From a virus, in the IMG/VR virus record IMGVR_UViG_3300029336_000005: 46,909 nucleotides of DNA. One strand, written 5' to 3'. The notes beneath the pieces are model-generated. The model was not told the origin of the DNA, made no database searches, and saw nothing but the letters and a program-made list of their open reading frames with translations. Below are positions 26,795-35,765 of the stretch, in pieces (the stretch's first letter is position 1; each line of letters starts with the position of its first letter). Both the position numbers and the translations under genes were made by a program.

Positions 26795-26971
26795 ATGGCA
26801 ATGAATATAAACGAAACTGTGAAAAAGTGTAATGTTTGTGGCAAATGGAAAACCACAGCGTATGAACCGGATTATCCTATACTTAATGATAGTTGTTTTA
26901 GGTATCCGAAAGCAATTTTTATTTGCGAAGAATGCGCGAAAAAGTGCGAAGAAAAGAATATATTTTTGTGA
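26795..26971 (+). CDS. 58-aa zinc-ribbon protein
   Basis: CNVCGKW...CEECAKKC. Confidence 0.35.
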   Translation: MAMNINETVKKCNVCGKWKTTAYEPDYPILNDSCFRYPKAIFICEECAKKCEEKNIFL

Positions 26972-26981
26972 GGTGAAGTAG

Positions 26982-27302
26982 ATGGAGAGATTAACAGAAA
27001 GAGAAAGAAATGTTGATGGTACAGGAGTTGCAAAAGAAGAAATTACGGATGGATTATTAAAACCGTTTGCGGATAAAATTCTTACGAAACTTGCTGTTTA
27101 TGAAGACTTAGAAGAACAGGGATTGCTTGTGAGATTGCCGGTACCATTAGGTTCTAAAGTCTATTGGATTTCTACGAGAGATAAACAAAATCCTATTATT
27201 TTTGAAAAAATTTTTGTTTTAGGAATGTTGTATTTTGGGGATTCGACAGTATTTGCCACTCGTGAAGAAGCTGAGAAGAAATTGGAGATGATAAAAAAAT
27301 GA
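26982..27302 (+). CDS. Hypothetical protein
   Basis: RBS gaggtgaag upstream. Confidence 0.4.
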   Translation: MERLTERERNVDGTGVAKEEITDGLLKPFADKILTKLAVYEDLEEQGLLVRLPVPLGSKVYWISTRDKQNPIIFEKIFVLGMLYFGDSTVFATREEAEKKLEMIKK

Positions 27303-27472
27303 ATAAATGTTGCGCTAGTCAAGATGGTATATGTAGAAATAGTATCCTATTTGGAACTGAATGTGACGGGTACAAAGAAAGATGCACACTAAGACCATAT
27401 TATGAAAACCTCGAAAAGATGGTGAAAGGTTATCAGCATAATTTGAGAAAAATGTTCGGAGTGGAGGATTAA
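27299..27472 (+). CDS. 57-aa Cys-rich protein
   Basis: MNKCCASQDGICRN...ECDGYKERC. ATGA overlap. Confidence 0.3.
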   Translation: MNKCCASQDGICRNSILFGTECDGYKERCTLRPYYENLEKMVKGYQHNLRKMFGVED

Positions 27473-27473
27473 T

Positions 27474-27803
27474 ATGAAACCAGAAGAAGAAAAAGACATA
27501 TTATCCGATATGAGAGACCAGCATTTATGTTTCTTGGGAGATTCAGAAATCAAAGAAGAATGGCAGAAAAAATATCTCAAGGAAGCATGGGCGTGTGATT
27601 CCGGAGCAAAAGCATTGGAAAAGCAGATTCCGAGGAAGCCGATTGATAAAACAAAACCAGATGATACCGCCAGCCGTGCATATGAAAATTGTAATATTAT
27701 TGTTTGCCCAACCTGCGGCGGACGGTTGAAACTGAAATCAAAAGGTAAATATTGCGATAAGTGTGGTCAGAAATTAGATTGGAGCAAAGAAGATGACAAA
27801 TGA
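27474..27803 (+). CDS. Zinc-ribbon protein
   Basis: CPTCGGRLKLKSKGKYCDKCG. Confidence 0.45.
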   Translation: MKPEEEKDILSDMRDQHLCFLGDSEIKEEWQKKYLKEAWACDSGAKALEKQIPRKPIDKTKPDDTASRAYENCNIIVCPTCGGRLKLKSKGKYCDKCGQKLDWSKEDDK

Positions 27804-28107
27804 CAAACCTACACTTGAAATTGACAGAGAAGAGAACGAAGTTACGATAAAATGCAATGGGGATACTATAAAGTTCAAAGATGATAATGTGGAAGTGACC
27901 AGGGCGAGCAAAAACATGATGTTTAAGTCACCAGACATAACCCCACAGCTTGCCATATCAGCATTCGCAGTGCTGCATCAATATTGCAGCTCAATCAGTC
28001 CACATGACTGCATCAGATGTGCATTCTATGAATATTGCCTGGAATGCTTCATGGGGTGTCCGGGAGATCAGGGCGAGGTAATAAGAAAATTACAAAGCAA
28101 CGAATAA
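27793..28107 (+). CDS. Hypothetical Cys-rich protein, last gene of the early/middle operon
   Basis: HDCIRCAFYEYCLECFMGCPG. Followed by a terminator. Confidence 0.4.
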   Translation: MTNDKPTLEIDREENEVTIKCNGDTIKFKDDNVEVTRASKNMMFKSPDITPQLAISAFAVLHQYCSSISPHDCIRCAFYEYCLECFMGCPGDQGEVIRKLQSNE

Positions 28108-28113
28108 AATTAG

Positions 28114-28140
28114 AGAGTCGGTATTTGCCGGCTCTTTTTT
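28114..28140 (+). terminator. Rho-independent terminator separating early/middle from late genes
   Basis: Stem agagtcgg/ccggctct (one G-T pair), loop tatttg, then tttttt. Confidence 0.75.
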
Positions 28141-28155
28141 AGCGTAAAATTCCTC

Positions 28156-28195
28156 AAACATGTACCACAACTTTTCTGCTGACCTGTGATAGAAT
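28156..28195 (+). promoter_or_regulatory. Late-type promoter copy 1: AAACATGTACCACAAC, 18 nt, TAGAAT (TGa extended -10)
   Basis: The 16-mer is identical to 34110-34125 and 40257-40272 with identical spacing to the -10. It lies right after a terminator and before the packaging genes. Confidence 0.7.
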
Positions 28196-28248
28196 ATACT
28201 CAGAAGTGTTACTATGGGGTTTTATAGCCGATTGGAGGCAAATTCAAT

Positions 28249-29394
28249 ATGAATGTTCAAGAAATTAAATTAAAAGACATAAAACCGTATGAAAAGAACC
28301 CAAGAAAAAATGATGATGCAGTTCCTTACGTCGCTGAAAGTATAAAACAATTTGGATTTAAAGTTCCGATTGTTATTGATAAGAACAACGTAATTGTCGC
28401 TGGACATACCCGATACAAAGCAGCAAAGAAACTCGGATTCAAGAGCGTACCATGTATTATTGCCGATGATTTGACAGACGAACAGATAAAAGCTTTTCGT
28501 TTAGCTGACAATAAGGTATCTGAAAAGGCAGAATGGGATTTAGATTTACTGGACAGCGAAATTGAAGGAATATTCGATATTGATATGACTGATTTTGGGT
28601 TTGAACTCGAATCAGAAGAATTAGAAGCTGAAGAAGATGAATACCAAGGAGCCGTTCCAGATAACCCTTTTACTCAAAAAGGTGATATGTGGAAGTTGGG
28701 GGAGCATCTGCTTTTATGTGGAGATAGCACATGTATCACAGATATTGAGAAATTAATGCATGAAGAAAAGGCTGATATGTGTTTCACTGATCCGCCTTAC
28801 GGATATGAATACCAAAGTAACTTAAGAAAAAAAAGCAAGAAGTTCGACGTCATTGAAAACGATGATAAAATATTAGACTTTTTTCCGAGTATACAGCTTG
28901 TGTGCAATGGTTTTATATTCATATGCACGACGTGGAAAGTATTAGATAAATGGATACCGCTATTTAAAAAATATCATGATTTAACGAATATGATTATCTG
29001 GAACAAAGGTGGAGGCGGAATTGGTGACTTGAAACATACTTTCAGCACTGACTACGAAGTTATACTATGCGCAAATAATGGCAAGGAAATAACTGGAAAA
29101 AGAATCGGTTCCGTATGGACCATAAAAAAAGATTCTTCTTCTGAATACGTTCATCCTACGCAAAAGCCAATAAAGTTGTCAGAATTTGCAATAAGGAACA
29201 CAACAGAGCGTGGAGATATTGTTCTTGATTTATTTGGAGGTTCGGGATCCACATTAATTGCCTGTGAGCAAATGGACCGCAGATGTAGGATGATGGAATA
29301 CGATCCAGCTTATTGCGACGTGATAGTGGACAGATGGGAAAAATTCACAGGAAATAAAGCAAAATTAATCAGAGGGGTAGAAGGAAATGAATAG
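28249..29394 (+). CDS. ParB-like nuclease domain fused to an N6-adenine/N4-cytosine DNA methyltransferase
   Basis: KPYEKNPRKN...VAGHTRYKAAKKLG (ParB N-terminus). FTDPPYG (motif IV) precedes LDLFGGSGST (motif I). Confidence 0.85.
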   Translation: MNVQEIKLKDIKPYEKNPRKNDDAVPYVAESIKQFGFKVPIVIDKNNVIVAGHTRYKAAKKLGFKSVPCIIADDLTDEQIKAFRLADNKVSEKAEWDLDLLDSEIEGIFDIDMTDFGFELESEELEAEEDEYQGAVPDNPFTQKGDMWKLGEHLLLCGDSTCITDIEKLMHEEKADMCFTDPPYGYEYQSNLRKKSKKFDVIENDDKILDFFPSIQLVCNGFIFICTTWKVLDKWIPLFKKYHDLTNMIIWNKGGGGIGDLKHTFSTDYEVILCANNGKEITGKRIGSVWTIKKDSSSEYVHPTQKPIKLSEFAIRNTTERGDIVLDLFGGSGSTLIACEQMDRRCRMMEYDPAYCDVIVDRWEKFTGNKAKLIRGVEGNE

Positions 29395-29397
29395 CAA

Positions 29398-30945
29398 ATG
29401 GCGAATGAAAAAAACTTAAGACCTGGAAGCATGCAAAGCAAGAGCGAAGTTAGAGAAAACGGAAGGAAAGGCGGAATCGCCTCCGGGCAGGCTCGCCGCA
29501 GGAAGAAAACCCTCTCTGAACTTGCGAAAATGATAGCTGACAATCCAGCACCCGACAATGCTCGCGCGAAGCTCGCCAAAATGGGAATAGCCGACGAGGA
29601 CGCAAACAATAACGCTGTTGTAGCAGCATCTATATACGCAAAAGCTGTCAAGGGCAATATGCAGGCAGTAGATAAATGGGAACAGTTGGTAGCTGTATCA
29701 AAATCTGACGAAAGCAAATATGAACTTCCTGCCAGAGTACTCGGCAAGGCATATGTGGACATTAACCGGCAAATCAAGCCTAATATCGAATATGTATTCG
29801 AGGGCGGTCGAGGCGGTCTGAAATCTTCTTATGTGGCTTTTAAAATTGTTGAGCTTATCAAGAATAATCCTCAGATGCATGCCTGCATTACAAGGCAGGT
29901 AGCTGGAACTCTGAAAGATTCCGTATATGCTAACATGAAATGGGCTATAAACGAACTTGGACTAATGGAAGAATTTGAATGTAAGGTGTCACCGCTTGAG
30001 ATCAAGTACATTAAAACTGGACAGACAATATACTTCCGTGGTCTGGACGATGAAACCAAACTGAAATCTATTAAGCCGGAGTTTGGATATATCGGGATCC
30101 TCTGGAAAGAGGAAAAAGATCAAATGAAGGGAGATGCCCAGGAACGTTCTGTTAATCAGTCAGTGCTTCGTGGTGGTGATGAATCCTATGATTTCTCGTC
30201 ATATAATCCGCCAAAATCAAAATCAAACTGGGTAAACAGGATTAAACTGGTACCTAACCCGAAAAGAGTTATCCATCATTCAAGTTATCTGGAAGCCCCG
30301 GCGGAGTGGCTCGGACAGAAGTTTATTGACGATGCAGCACATCTGAAAGAAATCAATCCAGAAGCTTATGAGCATGAATACCTGGGCGTTCCAAACGGTG
30401 ATGGTGGAAACGTCTTTGAATATCTGGAGATTAGAGATATTACAGATGAAGAGATCGGGCACATGGACAAAATATTTCAGGGGTGTGACTGGGGATTTTT
30501 CCCTGATCCGTATGCTTTTATTCGTTTGTATTACAATCATAACACTGAAAAGATATATCTCATTGATGAAATTTACGAAAATAAATGGAGCAATAGGAAA
30601 TCAGCAGACGAGATTCTAAAAAGAAAATATGATGATTATGCTATTACTTGTGATTCTGCCGAGCCTAAATCAATCAATGATTATAGAGATTTTGGACTCC
30701 CGGCAAGGGGTGCAATAAAAGGTCCTGGAAGTGTAGAATATTCTATGAAATGGTTTCAGACAAGGACTATCGTTATTGACCCTAAAAGAACGCCTAACGC
30801 TTATAAAGAGTTTTCAGAGTACGAATATGAAAGAGATAAGGACGGAAATATCATAAGTGGATATCCTGATGAAAACAATCATTTAATTGATGCCTGTAGA
30901 TACGCAACAGAATCATTGTGGAGAAGAAGGGGTAACAATGCATAA
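29398..30945 (+). CDS. terL: Terminase large subunit (PBSX-like) with a ~100-aa TerS-like basic N-terminal extension
   Basis: Walker A GGRGGLKSS, a nuclease C-terminus (DENNHLIDACRYA), and an N-terminus RKGGIASGQARRRKKT...AKAVKGNMQAVDKWEQL. No separate small-subunit ORF lies upstream. Confidence 0.85.
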   Translation: MANEKNLRPGSMQSKSEVRENGRKGGIASGQARRRKKTLSELAKMIADNPAPDNARAKLAKMGIADEDANNNAVVAASIYAKAVKGNMQAVDKWEQLVAVSKSDESKYELPARVLGKAYVDINRQIKPNIEYVFEGGRGGLKSSYVAFKIVELIKNNPQMHACITRQVAGTLKDSVYANMKWAINELGLMEEFECKVSPLEIKYIKTGQTIYFRGLDDETKLKSIKPEFGYIGILWKEEKDQMKGDAQERSVNQSVLRGGDESYDFSSYNPPKSKSNWVNRIKLVPNPKRVIHHSSYLEAPAEWLGQKFIDDAAHLKEINPEAYEHEYLGVPNGDGGNVFEYLEIRDITDEEIGHMDKIFQGCDWGFFPDPYAFIRLYYNHNTEKIYLIDEIYENKWSNRKSADEILKRKYDDYAITCDSAEPKSINDYRDFGLPARGAIKGPGSVEYSMKWFQTRTIVIDPKRTPNAYKEFSEYEYERDKDGNIISGYPDENNHLIDACRYATESLWRRRGNNA

Positions 30946-32432
30946 TGGGACTTATAACAACACTAAAAAGGTGGTTTAACATGATATTCAAAAAACAAGC
31001 CGAAGAGGACTTTAATATCCAGGCAGCAGAATTTCCAGAGATGGAATCACTGATTAACCGGTGTGCGAACATTTACAGAGGTGCGCCGGAATGGCTAGAT
31101 GATAAGAATAATATCAAGACGATTAACTTTGCTAAATCTGTCTGCTCGGAGACAGCTCGGCTCGCAACATTGGCGATCGGCATTCAGATAGACGGTTCCG
31201 CAAGGGCTACGTGGTTACAGGAACAGATTGACAAGGCATATTTCCAGATTCGGCACTGGGTAGAGTACGGCTGCGCCTACGGAACGGTATTTATTAAGCC
31301 AAACGGTGAGAGCCTTGACGTATTCACTCCGGCAGATGTGATGATTGTAGATTATGACAATCAGGAAATTAAAGGGATTATATTTAAGGATTCTTACACT
31401 GTTGGACGGAAATACTATACACGGCTTGAATATCATCGTTTTGTCGAGACTACAATAGATGGCGTGACAACTTATCCGTACTACGTTTCCAACAGAGCTT
31501 ACGTATCAAAATCCCCTCAGTCAATCGGTGATAAAATCAACCTTAAACAGACCAAGTGGGCTGACCTCATGGCAGATACACCACCGATACTCAAGGCAAA
31601 TGGCGAGAAGCTGGATGGGCCTCTGTACGGAGTACTTCGGACATCACAGGCGAACAATGTAGATATCAGTACACCACTGGGACTTCCAATTTTTGCCGAA
31701 GCCATTGAAGAGTTAAAAGACTTCGACACTGCATACAGCAGAAATGCCGGAGAAATTTTTGACTCGCAGAAGACTGTTCTGGCAGATGATAGACTGCTGA
31801 TGCCAAACGGCGCACCTGTATCAGCTATGTCACCACAGGGCATGGAGAACAGACGGAATGAAATGAGGTTACCACATTTTGTCAAGAATGTATTCGGACA
31901 GGACGCGAAAGAATTCTACCAAGAAATTAATCCAGTTCTCAATACAGGTGCCCGTATAGTCGGCATAAATGCCCTTCTAAACCAGATAGGATATAAGATT
32001 GGATTCTCTAACGGATATTTTGTTTTTAACGAAAAAACCGGTATGGTGACGGCTACGCAGGTAGAAGCAGACGACCGACGGACAATTCAGTTTATCAAGG
32101 ACGTTCGGGATAAACTAGAGTGTTGTTTGAATGACACTATATACGCCTTAAATACATTTGCAGATTTGTATGGCATCGCACCAGATTCTAACTGGATTTA
32201 CGACGAAAAGAAAAAGAAATATGTCCAGTATATAGTTAATTATGATTTTGGCGATTTCACATACAACAGAGAAGAAGACAGGATAGCGTGGTACGGTTAT
32301 GTAAATTCCGGACATGTAGCATTTTGGCGTTATTTGATGAAATTTTATGGATATACCGAAGAGGAAGCAAAAAAAATTTCGCAAGAAGCCAAAGAGGAAA
32401 ACAAAACGAGAAGTTTTTTTGAAGAAGAGTAA
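30945..32432 (+). CDS. Portal protein (SPP1 gp6-like)
   Basis: 495 aa, TAATG overlap with terL, and an acidic C-terminus. Confidence 0.75.
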   Translation: MGLITTLKRWFNMIFKKQAEEDFNIQAAEFPEMESLINRCANIYRGAPEWLDDKNNIKTINFAKSVCSETARLATLAIGIQIDGSARATWLQEQIDKAYFQIRHWVEYGCAYGTVFIKPNGESLDVFTPADVMIVDYDNQEIKGIIFKDSYTVGRKYYTRLEYHRFVETTIDGVTTYPYYVSNRAYVSKSPQSIGDKINLKQTKWADLMADTPPILKANGEKLDGPLYGVLRTSQANNVDISTPLGLPIFAEAIEELKDFDTAYSRNAGEIFDSQKTVLADDRLLMPNGAPVSAMSPQGMENRRNEMRLPHFVKNVFGQDAKEFYQEINPVLNTGARIVGINALLNQIGYKIGFSNGYFVFNEKTGMVTATQVEADDRRTIQFIKDVRDKLECCLNDTIYALNTFADLYGIAPDSNWIYDEKKKKYVQYIVNYDFGDFTYNREEDRIAWYGYVNSGHVAFWRYLMKFYGYTEEEAKKISQEAKEENKTRSFFEEE

Positions 32433-32501
32433 TAAGGTTAGAACAATGGTCAAAGAAGCTGAGCCAAAAGAGCCAACATTATTTGGAGAGGAGTAAAAAA
32501 G

Positions 32502-34070
32502 ATGGCAGATAAACCAGTAACAAGGGAAGAAAAATATCTTGCGTACTTGACAGGCGATTATAAGGGCGAACTCCCAAAGCCAATCACGAGAAAAGAGAAG
32601 TATTTATACGAATTATGTTTAAAAGGAATAGGCGGCGAAATCTCACCGGAAGAAATCAAAGCCGCAGTAAATGAGTACCTCGAAAAGAATCCAGTCAAGC
32701 CCGGAGCCACGACAGAACAGGCGCAGCAGATCGAGCAGAACAAGACGGACGTTGCTTCACTGAAAGAGGAAACTAATTCACTAAAGGAAGATTTAGGTAA
32801 TTGTATAAGAATTGCAAATCATACGCGTTTAACGCCGGTGTTTGAGAAAAAAGGTCTACATTGGAGTTGTAACACAGACTATAAATTGTGTACATTGTAT
32901 GCAAATGAATATAAGGAAGCAAAAGTATATGAAGTCCATAAAGGAAAGCGTTATACCGTTTGTGGTATGTCTGATGGGAATAACACATCTCCGCTGGTCA
33001 TTTTTTCAAAAACTTATCCCACCGTAAAAGGTGAAACAAGCCCTTATGAAAACTTTATTGCGGGTAGTAATAGTGGACAAAGTGTTACTACTGAAAAACA
33101 TATTTCTTCACCGATTGATGGGTACATGCTTGTAACATCTTCAACAGTGTATGGCGGTTATGCAATTGAAGAAAGTGTAAGAACAATTATAGACGACCGA
33201 TACGGGCTGTATGTTTCCGATGGGTGTTATACAACTTTTTCGAAGATTGGAAGTAATGTCTATTTGTGTAGAGTGTTTAAAAATGTATACGTTAATAAAT
33301 TATTCGATTTTAACGCTTGTTACATCGGAAAATTTGACGAATATGGCGAACTATATAACTATAAAGATTTTGGAACTTTCCCATCTGATGTAGTCGGGCC
33401 AATTGCCATTCGAGAAAATGATTGGAGCGCAACTACAAAATTTAGTGGGGGATCACATGGAATTGATATTGGCGGAACTGTATATCCGACAGCAAAACAA
33501 GAAATGTTGCTCGTCAAATGTGGAGGTGTAACGATAGATGCTGACGGATATTATATAGGTCAAACTGAATTTGTGTCAAAAAATATATTATATATTCCCA
33601 TGACAATTACTGGCAATGACCTATCTTCTGCGAAAGAAGGAATCAAAGAAACTCGACGTTATTGCATAGACGATGTTTTAAGTGTTTCCGTAGATTATAA
33701 TATGCTTACTGATATTATAGCTGATGTTCTATATGGTTTTCAGCTTCAAATATATGGCATGGAAAAAGTAACGCTTCCGAACAATGAAGTGAAAGTTTTT
33801 GTGAATCAAGAGCAGAATTATGTGTTTGAAAAACCTGAAAACAAGTATATATGCACTAACGAAACCGGAGACTATTGTTCGATAGAAATGTCCACTTGCG
33901 GTCTTGGTAATTTCTCAAAAAATAATGGAGAAAGTAATACAAAATATGGTTATATTAGTGTTTTTAAAAACCCTAATAAAATATATTTTCAATTAATAAA
34001 CCATGGAGTTCAACTCGCTACTGGAAAAACATTACATTGGGACGCTATATGTAATCATAGACCACACTAA
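32502..34070 (+). CDS. Fibre/receptor-binding-like protein in the head-assembly region
   Basis: N-terminal duplicated TREEKYLAYLTG / TRKEKYLYELCLKG motif, then a coiled coil (QAQQIEQNKTDVASLKEETNSLKEDL). The C-terminal ~400 aa are visibly AT-rich. Confidence 0.45.
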   Translation: MADKPVTREEKYLAYLTGDYKGELPKPITRKEKYLYELCLKGIGGEISPEEIKAAVNEYLEKNPVKPGATTEQAQQIEQNKTDVASLKEETNSLKEDLGNCIRIANHTRLTPVFEKKGLHWSCNTDYKLCTLYANEYKEAKVYEVHKGKRYTVCGMSDGNNTSPLVIFSKTYPTVKGETSPYENFIAGSNSGQSVTTEKHISSPIDGYMLVTSSTVYGGYAIEESVRTIIDDRYGLYVSDGCYTTFSKIGSNVYLCRVFKNVYVNKLFDFNACYIGKFDEYGELYNYKDFGTFPSDVVGPIAIRENDWSATTKFSGGSHGIDIGGTVYPTAKQEMLLVKCGGVTIDADGYYIGQTEFVSKNILYIPMTITGNDLSSAKEGIKETRRYCIDDVLSVSVDYNMLTDIIADVLYGFQLQIYGMEKVTLPNNEVKVFVNQEQNYVFEKPENKYICTNETGDYCSIEMSTCGLGNFSKNNGESNTKYGYISVFKNPNKIYFQLINHGVQLATGKTLHWDAICNHRPH

Positions 34071-34109
34071 TTAACTAAAGGAAGCTTTAGTTAACCATCA
34101 AAAAAATCA

Positions 34110-34149
34110 AAACATGTACCACAACATTTATTGAAAGAGGTGATATACT
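34110..34149 (+). promoter_or_regulatory. Late-type promoter copy 2: AAACATGTACCACAAC, 18 nt, TATACT (TGa extended -10)
   Basis: Same motif and spacing as copies 1 and 3. The -10 box abuts ATG 34150. Confidence 0.6.
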
Positions 34150-35379
34150 ATGCTTAGTCCTGAATATTTACGCCGGATAACAGAGGGCAGTGAACAGATT
34201 GCAGAAGAACTGCATCAGTATATCATCTCTGAGATTGTATCGCGGATGATGGCAAGAATCGGCAGAGGTGAGGACTATATTCTGACCAATGCGGATGCAT
34301 GGAGAATCAGAACATTACAGGAATCCGGTGAGCTGCTAGAAGACATTCTGGCAGAATTATCCAAATATACAAAACGTGAACAACAGGAACTCCTTGAAGC
34401 GTTTGAAGATGCCGGAATCACTGCAATGGAGTATGATGATAAAGTATACAAGGCGGCGGGGCTAAGCCCTGTACCGCTTGAGCAGTCCCCGGCTATGATA
34501 AGACTCATGGAGCGGAATATGCTTGCGACTATGGGTGAGTGGAAGAACTTCACACGGACAACCGCAAGCGTCGCTCAAAGGCTCTATATTGAGCAATGCG
34601 ACCTTGCATATAATCATGTGATGACTGGGGCGGTTGGGTATACGCAAGCCATCAAAGAGGCAGTTAACAATGTTGTGAGTGATGGTGTTACTGTCACATA
34701 CCCATCTGGCAGAAAAGACACGATTGAAACAGCAGTTGCACGTTCCGTCAGAACCGGTGTGGCACAGGCTACGGGAGATATATCCCTCAAACGCATGGAA
34801 GAAATGGACTGGGATTTAGTTCTGGTCAGTGCGCACATAGGAGCGAGGACGGGCGACGGCGGTCAGAATCCCGGAAATCACTCATGGTGGCAAGGCAAGA
34901 TATACTCTCGTTCTGGCAAGAGTAAGAAATTTCCGCCGTTCTCATTGACCGGATATGGGACAGCAAGCGGACTGTCAGGGGTCAACTGTCGGCATAGCTT
35001 TGGGGCAAGTGATGGAGAATTCAACCCCTATGCAGAACTATCAGCACAGGATAAAGCTGATAAAGGCAAACAGTACGAAAAGGAGCAACGGCAACGTACT
35101 TATGAGCGAAGAATCCGCAAAACGAAGAGAGAAGTTCTCGGAATGCAAGCGGCGGTTAATAACTGCAAGGACGAACAGGCAAGATTTGCACTCCAGCAAG
35201 ACCTTGACCGGAAGTCTTATCTTTTGCAGAAACAAAATGCTGCATATAAAGATTACTGCAATCAAAACGACCTAAGAGAGCTGCAAGACCGGCTCATGAT
35301 TGCTAAATGGAACCGCCAGAACGCCGCTAAAGCCAGAGGAGCGGCAAAACGGTATAAAACAGCAAAGGGGATTGACTGA
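34150..35379 (+). CDS. Minor head protein (Mu F / SPP1 gp7 family)
   Basis: GVNCRHSF motif, a basic coiled C-terminus, and position after the portal region. Confidence 0.75.
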   Translation: MLSPEYLRRITEGSEQIAEELHQYIISEIVSRMMARIGRGEDYILTNADAWRIRTLQESGELLEDILAELSKYTKREQQELLEAFEDAGITAMEYDDKVYKAAGLSPVPLEQSPAMIRLMERNMLATMGEWKNFTRTTASVAQRLYIEQCDLAYNHVMTGAVGYTQAIKEAVNNVVSDGVTVTYPSGRKDTIETAVARSVRTGVAQATGDISLKRMEEMDWDLVLVSAHIGARTGDGGQNPGNHSWWQGKIYSRSGKSKKFPPFSLTGYGTASGLSGVNCRHSFGASDGEFNPYAELSAQDKADKGKQYEKEQRQRTYERRIRKTKREVLGMQAAVNNCKDEQARFALQQDLDRKSYLLQKQNAAYKDYCNQNDLRELQDRLMIAKWNRQNAAKARGAAKRYKTAKGID

Positions 35380-35765
35380 TGGACAGATGGGAATATTACA
35401 ATCCGAATCCTGCCGGGAATCGAGTCGGAGATTGTGCTGTCCGGGCAATATGCAAAGCAACCGGTTTTGACTGGGAAACGGTATTCGCCGGATTAATGAT
35501 ACAGGCGTGTGCTCTGTCAGATATGCCAAGCGCAAATTATGTCTGGGGAGCGTACCTCTATAAGCATGGATACAGACGCAAACTGATTGAACAGTCAGAG
35601 CGATATATCTATACAGTCAACGATTTCTGCACAGACCATCCGACAGGTACGTACATCCTCTGCATAGACGGTCATGTAGTGACGGTACAAGATGGCAAAT
35701 ATTTTGACACATGGGATTCCGGTAATGAGATCCCGGTATATTACTGGGAAAAGGAGAATAAATGA
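35379..35765 (+). CDS. Conserved hypothetical protein with a Cys/His pair (possible papain-like fold)
   Basis: NPNPAGNRVGDCAVRAI ... IDGHVVTVQDGKYFDTWDSG. ATGA overlap with the minor head gene. Confidence 0.3.
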   Translation: MDRWEYYNPNPAGNRVGDCAVRAICKATGFDWETVFAGLMIQACALSDMPSANYVWGAYLYKHGYRRKLIEQSERYIYTVNDFCTDHPTGTYILCIDGHVVTVQDGKYFDTWDSGNEIPVYYWEKENK

